The notes under the pieces were generated by a model that saw only the letters and a list, made by a program, of their open reading frames with translations, was not told the DNA's origin and did no database searches. From Bdellovibrio sp. (GTDB taxonomy: Bacteria > Bdellovibrionota > Bdellovibrionia > Bdellovibrionales > Bdellovibrionaceae): a stretch of DNA of 64,000 nt. Of the stretch, positions 49,295-59,328 are shown one piece after another. Position 1 is the stretch's first letter. The number at the start of each line of letters is the position of its first letter. The DNA lies in NCBI GenBank assembly GCA_036676395.1, contig JAKFCY010000002.1, forward strand, positions 1,440,001 to 1,504,000. The letters are read 5' to 3'. Made by a program: the position numbers and the translations under genes.

Positions 49295-50035
49295 TTAGTT
49301 TAAATAAAGTCCACCATTTACATGTAACGTCTGACCGGTGATGTATGAAGAGGCATCGCTTAATAAAAATGCTACTGTTTGTGCAACTTCATGGGGTTCG
49401 CCAGCGCGTCCTAAGGGTATTTTTTCTGAGAAATATTTGAGCTGATCCTCACTTAAAGCATTGGTCATATCACTTGAGATATAACCTGGTGCTACCGCGT
49501 TGATACGAATGTTTCTTGAAGCTAATTCAAGCGCTAATGAGCGGGTGAAGCCTTCAAGGCCAGCCTTAGATGCCGCATAGTTTGATTGACCAGCGTTACC
49601 GCTAGAGCCGATGACTGAAGAAATATTAACAACTGATGCGTTTCTAGTTTTTAACAAGTTTTTTGCAAAAGCTTTGCTGACATAAAAAGCACCATAAAGA
49701 TTGGCTTTTAGTACGGCATCAAAGTCTTCATCTTTCATGCGTAGTAATAATTGGTCTTTTGTAATTCCAGCGTTGTTAACAACGCCGTGAATATCGCCAA
49801 AAGCTTCAATAACTTTTGCCGAAGTGGCATCGACTTCTTCTTTAACCGTAACATTCATTTTAAAAGTCAGATGACCTTCACCAGGTAGAGAGCTTAAGAT
49901 GGCCTGCGCTTGCGCTTCAGCGCTAGAATACGTGAACGCGACACGTGCGCCGGCTTCCGCACATTGTTTAACGATAGCTGCGCCAATACCACGGCTTCCA
50001 CCAGTGATAAAAATGTTTTTACCTTTTAAGTTCAC
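49295..50035 (-). CDS. fabG: 3-oxoacyl-ACP reductase
   Basis: [21 protein letters not shown]; fab operon context. Confidence 0.95.
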   Translation of the reverse strand: MNLKGKNIFITGGSRGIGAAIVKQCAEAGARVAFTYSSAEAQAQAILSSLPGEGHLTFKMNVTVKEEVDATSAKVIEAFGDIHGVVNNAGITKDQLLLRMKDEDFDAVLKANLYGAFYVSKAFAKNLLKTRNASVVNISSVIGSSGNAGQSNYAASKAGLEGFTRSLALELASRNIRINAVAPGYISSDMTNALSEDQLKYFSEKIPLGRAGEPHEVAQTVAFLLSDASSYITGQTLHVNGGLYLN

Positions 50036-50095
50036 ATTAACTCCTGAATCTATAACCTGAACGAACTAGAGCTATTGCTCAAGGTTTTTTTACGA

Positions 50096-51067
50096 TTACT
50101 TTTGCGCTGCTTCAATAAGCTTTAAATCGTCCAAGTTTTGTGTTGAAAACACTTCGAATTCAGGATCAATTTTCTTTAATAAGCCCTTTAAAACGCTGCC
50201 ATGACCACACTCAACAAATCGTTTATGACCTGCTTGTTTCATAGCCAACATGCTTTGAGTCCATTTGACCGAGCCAGAAACCTGTTTGATTAGATTTTCT
50301 TTTAAAATTAAAGCGTCAGTTTCAGCTTTTGCATGAAAATTTTGAAAGATTGGAAGCGTTGAATTTTGAAAATTTACGCCATTTAAAAAGGCGCGCATTT
50401 TTTCTTCTGCTGGCTTCATTAAATCACAGTGAAAAGGAGCGGACACAGTCAGTGGAATTAACTTCGCGCGACGAGGTTCTGGTAACCCGTTGGTCGCAAA
50501 AATTTCTGATTTAAAATTATCTTTTAGCCAATTTAAGGCTTTTAAACTTCCACTGATAACGATCTGGCCATCGCAGTTAAAGTTTGCGGCGTTGACCGGT
50601 TTAAATCCTGAGTTTTTTTCTGTCCATTGACATAAGAACATAACTTGCGCTTCGTCTAAACCTAATGTGGCCGTCATTCCACCTTCGCCAACAGGTACAG
50701 CTGATTGCATGTAGTGGCCACGTTTGCGTACAGCGCGAATTGCGTCTGGAAAACTAAATACTGAGCCTTCAACAAATGACGAGTATTCGCCGATTGAGTG
50801 CCCAGCTGTTGCAGAAGACTTAAGGCCGAAAGTCGTTTTCAAAACGCGGGCAGTGGCCACTGAAGTAGTTAAAAGGGCTGGTTGAGTATTTTCTGTTAAA
50901 GCTAGATCTTGTTCAGAGCCTTCAAAACATAATTTTTTTAAATCAATTGATAAAGCGTCACTGGCTTCTTCGTAAGTGTTACGCGCGATTGCGAATTCAT
51001 CGAATAAGAATTTTCCCATTCCTGGGGCTTGGCTTCCTTGTCCTGGAAAAATAAAAGAAAATGACAT
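50096..51067 (-). CDS. fabD: Malonyl-CoA:ACP transacylase
   Basis: FPGQGSQ, GHSIGE, SAPFH. Confidence 0.96.
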   Translation of the reverse strand: MSFSFIFPGQGSQAPGMGKFLFDEFAIARNTYEEASDALSIDLKKLCFEGSEQDLALTENTQPALLTTSVATARVLKTTFGLKSSATAGHSIGEYSSFVEGSVFSFPDAIRAVRKRGHYMQSAVPVGEGGMTATLGLDEAQVMFLCQWTEKNSGFKPVNAANFNCDGQIVISGSLKALNWLKDNFKSEIFATNGLPEPRRAKLIPLTVSAPFHCDLMKPAEEKMRAFLNGVNFQNSTLPIFQNFHAKAETDALILKENLIKQVSGSVKWTQSMLAMKQAGHKRFVECGHGSVLKGLLKKIDPEFEVFSTQNLDDLKLIEAAQK

Positions 51068-51111
51068 AACAACTCCTTGTTACTGATATTTAATATTTCA
51101 AATATGTAATT

Positions 51112-52113
51112 TTAGAAACGAAGTAATACTGATCCTGAAGTTAAACCAGAACCGAATGCTGTGAGTAGTATTAACTGTCCGCGTTTAAGACGACCATCAC
51201 GATAAGCCATATCAAAGGCAATCGGAACAGACGCTGCAGATGTGTTTCCAGTTTCATGAACTGAAGAAACAATTTTATCCATTGAAAATTCAAATTGATT
51301 TGCAACAGCTTCTGTAATGCGAAGATTAGCTTGATGTGGAACAATCCAGTCAAGATCTGCCGGAGTTTTTCCAGCAGCATCTAAAGCTTCGTGGCAGGCT
51401 GTCGCCATTGTGCGTACTGCATGTTTAAAGATTTCTTTACCCTTCATTTTCATGAAGTGTGCGCCTGAATCCAGAACTTCTTGCGAGAACGGAGTTTTTG
51501 TTCCGCCGGCTTCAAACCATAAAAGTTCGGCGTGCGAACCTTCGGCGTGACAATGACTTGTGATAATTGTGTTTTCATCTGTTGCGCTTGCACGTGATAC
51601 GACCATTGCGCCAGCACCATCGCCAAATAAAATACAAGTTTCGCGGTCTTTATAATTCACTAGACGAGATAAAGTCTCGGCACCAGCGATTAAGATATTT
51701 TTGTAAGTTCCGTTTTTGATAAATTGATCGGCGATATGCATTGCGTACACAAAGCCTGTGCAAGCCGCGCTAATATCAAACGCCATAACATTTTTAGCGC
51801 CTAGCTTAGTTTGCACGATACAAGCTGTACCCGGCATACGATAGTCACCAGAGATAGTAGCTACAATAATTAAATCAATATCTTGAGCGGTAAGATTAGC
51901 GTCTTTAAGGGCGTTTTGTGCAGCCTTAACGACTAGATCCGATGTAGCTTCAGTTGGTGCAGCTACATGGCGGTGAACGATACCTGTTCTTTGAACAACC
52001 CAGTCGTGAGAAGTTTCGACCAATTTTTCAAGGTCGTAATTCGTTAAAACTTTTTCGGGTAGGTATGATCCTACCCCACTGATTCTGGTTTTAAACTGAC
52101 TGGTGATAGACAT
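51112..52113 (-). CDS. fabH: Beta-ketoacyl-ACP synthase III
   Basis: AACTGF, FGDGAGA, PHQAN, GNTSAAS. Confidence 0.96.
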   Translation of the reverse strand: MSITSQFKTRISGVGSYLPEKVLTNYDLEKLVETSHDWVVQRTGIVHRHVAAPTEATSDLVVKAAQNALKDANLTAQDIDLIIVATISGDYRMPGTACIVQTKLGAKNVMAFDISAACTGFVYAMHIADQFIKNGTYKNILIAGAETLSRLVNYKDRETCILFGDGAGAMVVSRASATDENTIITSHCHAEGSHAELLWFEAGGTKTPFSQEVLDSGAHFMKMKGKEIFKHAVRTMATACHEALDAAGKTPADLDWIVPHQANLRITEAVANQFEFSMDKIVSSVHETGNTSAASVPIAFDMAYRDGRLKRGQLILLTAFGSGLTSGSVLLRF

Positions 52114-52129
52114 ATTAGATATCTAAAAA

Positions 52130-52324
52130 CTATTTCTTAGCTTTAGCGGCGCTGATTTGTTTACCTTTATAGTAAAGAGCTCCGTCAGCAGCTTTAAAAG
52201 CGCGGTGAGGACGTACTAATTCTCCAGATTTTTTATCAATTGCCATCGCTGGTAATGCTAATCCATCGTGCGATCTTCTCATGTCACGAACTGATTTCGA
52301 CGTTTTCTTCTTCGGTGTAGGCAT
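52130..52324 (-). CDS. rpmF: 50S ribosomal protein L32 (Cys-less form)
   Basis: [21 protein letters not shown]; between yceD and fabH. Confidence 0.93.
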   Translation of the reverse strand: MPTPKKKTSKSVRDMRRSHDGLALPAMAIDKKSGELVRPHRAFKAADGALYYKGKQISAAKAKK

Positions 52325-52399
52325 TTCAAACTCCTAATAAATCATTAATTAATAAATGAAGGTTCTAATTTATGTATGATAGCGCCCCAAAAGGCAATA

Positions 52400-52963
52400 C
52401 TAATTTAATTTAAGCCCTTTGAGTACATTAAAGGCATTGTTCTTTTTTTCGTGTTCAATGGTATTGTCCATTTTTTCATCATAGATAAAGGTGTCTGAAT
52501 CAGCACTTTTAATGGCTGTTTTGCAGGCAGTGTCACCTTTATCATGACGCGGATTGAATGGAATCGAGAACGCCAAAGCTTCATGTAAGAACTCACCAAT
52601 ATCAAACTGCTCGCCGAAATACTCAGAAACACTTGGGCCGTCTTGATTAAGCTCAGAAACATGGTTCGATTTAGAGAATTGGCTATTCTTGATCTCTTCA
52701 GCGCCGGGAATTAAAATTTCATGCACCGAGGCTTGTGCTTTGAAGTGAAAATTTTCACCGCACGTAGAACACAATTCTTCAGTTTCGCTCTTAATAGAGC
52801 CCTTTAGATCGTAATTCTTAGTGTTCAACGGGCGGATAAATACTTGTGCTGTGTATTCTGCCTGACCAATCAGGTCTTCTAAAACTGCGTTTAATTCGCC
52901 GGTTTTACGGTTAAATACATAGTCGCGGCCATCTTCTGGGATTTCGTTTAATTTAATTTTCAT
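52400..52963 (-). CDS. yceD: YceD/DUF177 family protein
   Basis: CSTC, terminal AFNVLKGL; upstream of rpmF. Confidence 0.85.
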   Translation of the reverse strand: MKIKLNEIPEDGRDYVFNRKTGELNAVLEDLIGQAEYTAQVFIRPLNTKNYDLKGSIKSETEELCSTCGENFHFKAQASVHEILIPGAEEIKNSQFSKSNHVSELNQDGPSVSEYFGEQFDIGEFLHEALAFSIPFNPRHDKGDTACKTAIKSADSDTFIYDEKMDNTIEHEKKNNAFNVLKGLKLN

Positions 52964-52989
52964 AATAGTGCAGTCCTTATATCTAATTT

Positions 52990-53610
52990 TTAGTTTCTTT
53001 TCCAGCCATAATTAAAGCTCACACTAATTCGTGGCTCGGCGGTCGTGTTTAATGGAACTTCATGGCGTAACCAGCTTTCAAACATCACCACATCACCTTC
53101 ATCAGGTTTAAGGGTGATAAAGCGCTGGTTGATTAGCTTGGCTTTTAACTTGGGCATTGGCGCATTCATAAAAAAGCCTAAGCGCGGGTCTTCAAACTTA
53201 ATAGGACTTGAGCCTTTTGGCAGCTGTAAATACATTGTACCACTAATAACTGATAACGGGTGTATATGGGCTGTATGTTGCGCCCCCTCAGGCATTACAT
53301 TCACCCAGCATTGGCTTAAATAGAGATCTTTGGCGCTAATCTCAAACTCTAAGGCATTGAGGTAGTTTTTCAGATGGATTTCAAGGGCTTGTTCCAGCTT
53401 TTTAAAGCTAGGCATAACCATATGTAACTTATCAACTGATCCGTAGCTGGTATACCCTGAAACATAATTTTTCTCTGACCACTTGTGACCGGCTTCGTCC
53501 GACGCCAATAGATTTTCGACGTCTTCCAGGAGCTGGTTACCTAAAGAGCGAAAAATCTTGGGGCTTGCCAGGGGCTTATTGTAAATTTGTGTAACGAAGG
53601 CCTGTATCAT
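52990..53610 (-). CDS. TIGR02466 family putative 2OG-Fe(II) oxygenase
   Basis: WVN, HIH…SG..Y, FEDPR, FESWLRHEV, RISVSFN. Confidence 0.85.
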   Translation of the reverse strand: MIQAFVTQIYNKPLASPKIFRSLGNQLLEDVENLLASDEAGHKWSEKNYVSGYTSYGSVDKLHMVMPSFKKLEQALEIHLKNYLNALEFEISAKDLYLSQCWVNVMPEGAQHTAHIHPLSVISGTMYLQLPKGSSPIKFEDPRLGFFMNAPMPKLKAKLINQRFITLKPDEGDVVMFESWLRHEVPLNTTAEPRISVSFNYGWKRN

Positions 53611-53751
53611 AGAGGCACATATTTACGGTATAACCCCTTAATATGTTAGCCCTTTTTCGCCTATGTAAAATTATTTTACACCCCATAAGAATTCCTAATT
53701 GGTTTTAACCGATCTGAGCCCTTACTTTGTCTTAAGTTGAGATTCAGAAAT

Positions 53752-53766
53752 GGGTCCAACGGTTGC
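53752..53766 (+). promoter_or_regulatory. Putative sigma54 promoter
   Basis: GGGTCCAACGGTTGC (GG-N10-GC with TTGC) upstream of the 53800 start. Confidence 0.45.
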
Positions 53767-53799
53767 AAAGACATAAGAGTAAGAAAACAAGGAGTTTAT

Positions 53800-54132
53800 A
53801 TGAAAACATTAAAATCTTTAGCTTTAATTTCGATGATGGTTTTAGGATCTCAAGCTTATGCCATTGAAACTGTAGATTTTCGTGACATCATTAAAGAGAA
53901 CTCTCAAGCCCAAACTGACTTACATAAGCAAATCAAAGAAACAGTCGATTCAAGCCGTATCGCCGCGCAAACGTCTGATACAGGGTCTCAAGTGATCGCT
54001 GATAATGCCCAAACAGTTCATGTTAGAACTAAAAAAGACATGTTAACTTTTGCTAAAGAGAAAAAGCACAGCGCCGCATCTCAAAAGCAAAACGATAAAA
54101 GACTTGCACAAGAGTTCCAAGACTTAGAATAA
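53800..54132 (+). CDS. Small secreted hypothetical protein
   Basis: AAGGAG RBS before ATG 53800; signal peptide ending AYA. Confidence 0.8.
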   Translation: MKTLKSLALISMMVLGSQAYAIETVDFRDIIKENSQAQTDLHKQIKETVDSSRIAAQTSDTGSQVIADNAQTVHVRTKKDMLTFAKEKKHSAASQKQNDKRLAQEFQDLE

Positions 54133-54139
54133 TAAGTGG

Positions 54140-54574
54140 GTGCAAACCCTTAAATTATTCACCCTTATTTTTTTTATTTCAATCTCTGGCTTAGCGGCTG
54201 GTAAAAACAAAAAGCAAATGCAAGTACAGCCAGTTATTCTGGCTGTTTCTTTTGAAGTCTTCGATAAAAACAAACAACTCTTAAATACCTTTTCATTTGA
54301 TGGCGAACAAAAAACTGAAATTGCCGCCGATGTTAAAAATACCGGAAATTTCAAATGTGAATGTTCTGGGCAATTTGAAATCGTCCCTTTAAATGGCCAG
54401 AAATACATAGCCACATTTTTTAATTTCGAATGCGGCGAAAACGATCAAAAAACCAAATCAAAAATCGGTCGGTTATTAATTCCTGTTACCGATTATAAAA
54501 GCTTTTCTAAGACCATCTTTCTTCACAAAAATCAGCCCGAAGTAGTGCTTAAAATTAAAGAACTTACCCTTTAA
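54140..54574 (+). CDS. Secreted hypothetical protein
   Basis: Signal peptide; follows the previous gene by 7 bp. Confidence 0.6.
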   Translation: MQTLKLFTLIFFISISGLAAGKNKKQMQVQPVILAVSFEVFDKNKQLLNTFSFDGEQKTEIAADVKNTGNFKCECSGQFEIVPLNGQKYIATFFNFECGENDQKTKSKIGRLLIPVTDYKSFSKTIFLHKNQPEVVLKIKELTL

Positions 54575-54609
54575 TTGGCGCTAAGCGGTAAGCAAAGAGC
54601 GATTATCGG

Positions 54610-54634
54610 TTGTCATTTCAATCAAATATGACAA
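54610..54634. promoter_or_regulatory. Inverted-repeat candidate operator
   Basis: TTGTCAT-N11-ATGACAA upstream of the amino-acid dehydrogenase. Confidence 0.4.
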
Positions 54635-54685
54635 AACTATCCCACATTATTATAGAGCTAAAATACTACTAACTAGGAGATTCGC

Positions 54686-55801
54686 TTGGGTACTTTTGAA
54701 ATGATCGCAAAGCACGGAGAACACGAAGAGATTTTATTTTGCCACGATAAAGATGTTGGTCTTAAAGCCATCATTGCAATACACAATACGGCGTTAGGCC
54801 CGGCTCTTGGTGGAACGCGCATGTGGAATTACAAAACTGAAGACGAAGCCTTAACAGACGTATTACGCTTATCTAAAGGTATGACTTACAAAGCTTCAGC
54901 TGCTGGCCTTAACTTAGGCGGCGGTAAAGCCGTTATCATCGGCGATCCTAAAACACAAAAAACTGAAGGTCTATTTCGCGCCTTCGGACATTTCGTTAAT
55001 TCATTAAACGGTAAATACATCACAGCTGAAGATGTTGGTACTGCTGAAAAAGACATGGAATACATTTACATGGAAACTCCTTGGGTGACTGGTATTCCTA
55101 AAGACTTCGGTGGTTCAGGTGATCCATCTCCCTATACAGCTCACGGTGTGCTAATGGGTATCAAAGCAGCGGCTCACGAAAAATTTGGCACTGATGCTTT
55201 AAAAGGAATGCGCATTGCGGTTCAAGGCCTTGGTAACGTTGGTTCTAATTTAGTTAAATACTTAACTGAAGAAGGCGCACAAATTATCGTTTCTGATATT
55301 GACCAAGCTCGTGTAACTAAAATCGTAAATACTTTTGGCGTTAAAGCTGTAAGTACTGATGAAATTTTAGGTGTTGATTGTGACATTCAAGCTCCGTGTG
55401 CAATGGGTGCGATCGTGAATGACCAAACTATTGGTAAATTTAAATGTAAAGTTATCGCCGGCGGAGCAAACAATCAATTAGCTGAACCTCGCCACGGTGA
55501 CCATTTACGTGAATTAGGTATTTTATATGCTCCGGATTACGTTGTTAATGCCGGTGGCCTTATGAACGTATTCGTAGAATTAGAAGGTTATTCTCCAGAC
55601 CGCGCATTTGAAAAAACTCGCAAAGTATATGACAATGTAAAGAAAGTATTTGAAATCGCTAAGCGCGATAATATCGGCACACACACGGCTGCTGATCGCA
55701 TGGCTGAAGAACGTATCCAAACAATTGGTAACCTTAAAAAACGTCATCCGGGCAAATCAGACCGTGCGTTCTCGACTTTAAAAGAAATTAAAAACAGATA
55801 A
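54686..55801 (+). CDS. Glu/Leu/Phe/Val dehydrogenase, probably leucine dehydrogenase
   Basis: GPALGGTR, GMTYK, GGGK, TAEDVGT, GGANNQL; TTG start behind AGGAG. Confidence 0.92.
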   Translation: MGTFEMIAKHGEHEEILFCHDKDVGLKAIIAIHNTALGPALGGTRMWNYKTEDEALTDVLRLSKGMTYKASAAGLNLGGGKAVIIGDPKTQKTEGLFRAFGHFVNSLNGKYITAEDVGTAEKDMEYIYMETPWVTGIPKDFGGSGDPSPYTAHGVLMGIKAAAHEKFGTDALKGMRIAVQGLGNVGSNLVKYLTEEGAQIIVSDIDQARVTKIVNTFGVKAVSTDEILGVDCDIQAPCAMGAIVNDQTIGKFKCKVIAGGANNQLAEPRHGDHLRELGILYAPDYVVNAGGLMNVFVELEGYSPDRAFEKTRKVYDNVKKVFEIAKRDNIGTHTAADRMAEERIQTIGNLKKRHPGKSDRAFSTLKEIKNR

Positions 55802-55831
55802 TTTTTACGACATAAGAAAAGAGAGAAGAAA

Positions 55832-56518
55832 ATGGAATTTTTAGAAAAAAATGTAAAAGGAATTTTAGGTATTGCAGGAATAGTTATCGTTGCAGGCCTA
55901 GTTGCTACTTTAGTAAATGCAAACTCAATTAAAAAAGAAAAACAAACGCAAGAAAAGTTTTTCGCAATTGATGCCAAAGTTAAAAAGTACAAAGAAGAAA
56001 AATTTAAAGCTAGTGATAAAACAGCAGACAAAAAAGAAGAAGTTGCTTCGGTTCCTGTTGATGTAGCTCAGTTAAAAACTGAATTAGAGGCTTTTGTTTC
56101 TGAAAACACTGGCTCAGTAGCTGCGCAAATTGCTGGTCTTGAATTAGCTGACCTTTTATCAACTGAAAATAAATCTGCTGAAGCCTTAGCATTACTTCAA
56201 AAAGTTGAAACTAAGACTGATTTATTATCGAATGTTTTAGTTCGTATGAAAATCGCTCAAAGCTTAGCTGATCAAGATAAATGCTCTGAGGCTTTAGTTA
56301 TCTGGAGCAAAGTTTTATCTTCAAAAGCTACCAGCTACTTACATGCAGAAGCAAAAATCAATCAGGCTTTATGTTATAAAAAAATGAATGATTTAGCTAA
56401 GGCTGAAGAGATTTTAAACCAAGTTAAAAACGATAAAACGGATGAAACAGGCCAATCAAATCGTGAAGCTGATAGAATCTTAAGACTAATTCAATTTAAC
56501 AAATCTTTTGGAACATAA
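55832..56518 (+). CDS. YfgM-like membrane-anchored TPR protein
   Basis: N-terminal TM, TPR-like helices; precedes the BamB-like gene. Confidence 0.75.
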   Translation: MEFLEKNVKGILGIAGIVIVAGLVATLVNANSIKKEKQTQEKFFAIDAKVKKYKEEKFKASDKTADKKEEVASVPVDVAQLKTELEAFVSENTGSVAAQIAGLELADLLSTENKSAEALALLQKVETKTDLLSNVLVRMKIAQSLADQDKCSEALVIWSKVLSSKATSYLHAEAKINQALCYKKMNDLAKAEEILNQVKNDKTDETGQSNREADRILRLIQFNKSFGT

Positions 56519-56525
56519 TATTTTT

Positions 56526-57668
56526 ATGTCTAAATATGCACTTATCTTTTTGGCTTTCGGTTTTATCGGCTGCCAACATATTGAAAAAAACAACGGTGAA
56601 AAAAAAGATCTAAAGGTGAGTGCCTTCTGGGTTCAGGATACTTTGAAAGAACCTAATGTTGGATATCGTAAGATTAATCGGTTTGCGCCGATTCTTTATA
56701 AAGACCTGATTGTTGTAGCCAACGGCCTTGAAGGTATAGTTGCCTATGATGTTTTAGATAAAACTAAAAAATGGTCTATTGCGATCGATAAAGGGATTGA
56801 ATCAGCAGGAGCCGTGATTAATTCACGTCTTTTTGTTGGTGGCTTAAACGGAATTTTTTATTCTATCGATTTAGATACCGCTAAAATTGTCTGGGAGTTC
56901 GATACACGATCTGAAGTTGTTGCAGAACCCTTAATTAATGATGGTTTTGTGTATTTTTTAAGTGGATCAAACATTTTATACTGCCTAGATGCTACCAATG
57001 GCCGTCAAATCTGGGTGTATAACCGCCAAGATACAGCCACTCAAATGACTGTGCGTGGTGGCGCAAAGCCAGCCATTTCGGGCGGGCAAATTTATCAGGG
57101 GTTTAGCGATGGCTCATTAGTCTCATTAAACGCAAAAACCGGAACTCCGAATTGGGAAGTTTTATTAAATCGTAATACTAAATTTAAAGATATCGATGCC
57201 AGTGCTGTCATTGAAAACGATACGATTTATATCAATAGTTATGATGACAAATTGTACGCAGTTTCAAAATCATCTGGAACTATTCTATGGAAGTCTGAAT
57301 TCGGTGGAGCGACGCCGCCGATCGTTTTTTCTGATCGTTTAGTTTATTCGTCGTCTAAAGGCCATTTAATGGTTGTTACTAAAAAGTCGGGTGAACTGAT
57401 TTGGAAAGTTTCGAACTTAAAAGGCATTGCCACTGAACCTGTTTCACACAAAGGCTTAATCGCTGTCGGCGAATCACAAGGGGCTATTTTATTTTACGAC
57501 CTTATGAACGGACAGCTTAAAGGTAGCTTTGATCCAGGGCGTGGAGTTTTAGGGCGATTAACAACAGATAAAAACAAACGTTTTTATTTTATGTCAGGTG
57601 AAGCCAATGTTTATGGTGTTTTAGTTGAGTACACGAATAAAAATTCGAACTTTTCATTTTTAGAATAG
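56526..57668 (+). CDS. BamB-like PQQ-type beta-propeller lipoprotein
   Basis: Lipobox-like FIGC; repeated D..TG..IW propeller motifs; yfgM context. Confidence 0.82.
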   Translation: MSKYALIFLAFGFIGCQHIEKNNGEKKDLKVSAFWVQDTLKEPNVGYRKINRFAPILYKDLIVVANGLEGIVAYDVLDKTKKWSIAIDKGIESAGAVINSRLFVGGLNGIFYSIDLDTAKIVWEFDTRSEVVAEPLINDGFVYFLSGSNILYCLDATNGRQIWVYNRQDTATQMTVRGGAKPAISGGQIYQGFSDGSLVSLNAKTGTPNWEVLLNRNTKFKDIDASAVIENDTIYINSYDDKLYAVSKSSGTILWKSEFGGATPPIVFSDRLVYSSSKGHLMVVTKKSGELIWKVSNLKGIATEPVSHKGLIAVGESQGAILFYDLMNGQLKGSFDPGRGVLGRLTTDKNKRFYFMSGEANVYGVLVEYTNKNSNFSFLE

Positions 57669-57674
57669 GATTAT

Positions 57675-58091
57675 ATGAAACTAGTTTTAGCTCTATTAAT
57701 CATTGGCTCTTTATTTTCATGCTCTACTAGAACATGCAAACCCAATGAAAATCTTGAACAAACTCAAGATGCAGCTGTTCAAAAAAATCTACCTATAGCC
57801 GGCGAGACGAAAATTTCACCAACTACGAATATGACAAATCAAAATAAAAAACTAAAAGTTTACAAGCCAGATGGCTCTGTTCAATGCGAACCAGGCACCG
57901 GAACTTCAGCTGCTGAAATGGCAAAACAGCTTGGTGATATTAAAGTTTATTCTTCTGAAAACAAACATGATGGTTTAATCCGTATTCAAGTCTGCGGTCA
58001 AGCCACTGGCAATTGTAACGTTTTTGAAATTAATGAAGCTGATGCTGCCAAGGCCGAAAAGCTTGGTTTCAAAAAGTGGAAAAGTAACTAA
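57675..58091 (+). CDS. Small lipoprotein
   Basis: LFSC lipobox; DGSVQCE…QVCG..TG..NVFEI. Confidence 0.75.
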   Translation: MKLVLALLIIGSLFSCSTRTCKPNENLEQTQDAAVQKNLPIAGETKISPTTNMTNQNKKLKVYKPDGSVQCEPGTGTSAAEMAKQLGDIKVYSSENKHDGLIRIQVCGQATGNCNVFEINEADAAKAEKLGFKKWKSN

Positions 58092-58176
58092 CTAAGCCCG
58101 TTCGCCTAATAGCGTATCATTGTAAAACAATTAGACAGACAAGCCTTACCAGCTCGAATAGGGCGGGGATAGGGCT

Positions 58177-58191
58177 TGGCCCTGGTCTCGC
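58177..58191 (+). promoter_or_regulatory. Putative sigma54 promoter
   Basis: TGGCCCTGGTCTCGC (GG-N10-GC) about 40 bp upstream of the 58231 start. Confidence 0.5.
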
Positions 58192-58230
58192 TAATACTCC
58201 TATGGAATATCAATCCATATAGGAGCTATT

Positions 58231-59310
58231 ATGAAGTCTTCACGTTTATTAAAGGCCTTTACCCTAGGTTTTGCTTTAACTATGTCTTCTAATGCATTTG
58301 CAGGCATGGCTCAGCAATTGTTAACTGAAGATATTCAAGGCGCGATTAAGACTTTACCGCGTGAAACGCGTCTTTATCATTATTTTGGAATCAATCTTAA
58401 CGGTAACAAATTAGAAGATACGAATTTAAAAAAAGCTAAAAACCGCTATTCAATGGTGAATGAGCGCGTAAAATACGCGGCTGAAAGTTTTTGGAATTTA
58501 AATGACAACACCACCAGATTAGCTAATGCCGGTCTTGGTTTATACTTAGCGATCGATCCATATGCGTCTTCTCCGGCGGCGGCTCCAGATACAGGAGCTA
58601 ACTTTGGTTCTACAATGATTGAAGTGACTTTCAACGCCGGAACCAAATATTTAGATTTAATGAAAGATGTACCGTTACGCGAAGAAACAATCCAAGCTAT
58701 CGTTACTGAAACCGGAATGAGCCAGGCAGATGCGGCTAAACTTTTATTACCACGTAATGAAGTTAAACCAAACGGAGAAACGGGCGTGGCCCACAAAGGT
58801 TTTGCACGCGATACATTGCAATTTATGGCAGAAAAGCAAAACGTAAATTTTAGAAAATTAGTTTATGCAGTTTACTCACAAGCTGGAATTTCTTTGACTG
58901 AGTATGGCTGGCAAGCAGCGACGACTTCATTTTGTGGATCTACAAATCCTCATCGTTCAGCTTTAGTTTATATCGGCGGACCGCAAACACAAAATGCAAT
59001 CAAATCGGTAACAATGATTTACTGGGCGCCACATTCAGCAGAATTAGATGCTCAAGAATCTGAAGCTTTAGATCGCAATAAAAAACTTTATAGCGTGTTA
59101 CAGCCGTTACGTCCTTTAGAAAAAAGCTATCAGTCAATCGCAGACGATGCTTATAAAGCTAAAAAAGCTGGCGATAAAGCTACGGCAAAACAATTAAGTG
59201 ATCAGTTGCCAGATATTATTTCAAATATCACTGCAACTATTATTTCTACGTATCCAGATCAGGCTGAATTATTAGACCTTCGCTCAAAAACTTTTGAGTG
59301 TATGAAATAA
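58231..59310 (+). CDS. Secreted protein with putative ADP-ribosyltransferase-like fold
   Basis: Signal peptide (AFA); RLYHY, GLGLYLAIDP..S, FG…IEV…LDL pattern resembling H-Y-class ART folds (fold inferred). Confidence 0.55.
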   Translation: MKSSRLLKAFTLGFALTMSSNAFAGMAQQLLTEDIQGAIKTLPRETRLYHYFGINLNGNKLEDTNLKKAKNRYSMVNERVKYAAESFWNLNDNTTRLANAGLGLYLAIDPYASSPAAAPDTGANFGSTMIEVTFNAGTKYLDLMKDVPLREETIQAIVTETGMSQADAAKLLLPRNEVKPNGETGVAHKGFARDTLQFMAEKQNVNFRKLVYAVYSQAGISLTEYGWQAATTSFCGSTNPHRSALVYIGGPQTQNAIKSVTMIYWAPHSAELDAQESEALDRNKKLYSVLQPLRPLEKSYQSIADDAYKAKKAGDKATAKQLSDQLPDIISNITATIISTYPDQAELLDLRSKTFECMK

Positions 59311-59328
59311 TTCTTGAAGGATCCATTT

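Noticed and set aside
1007..58796. Many short ORFs in the track lying inside or antisense to long genes (e.g. 3934-4383, 18182-18439, 30348-30674, 45839-46192, 58446-58796)
   Set aside because: They overlap well-supported genes, lack RBS or motifs, and look like shadow frames
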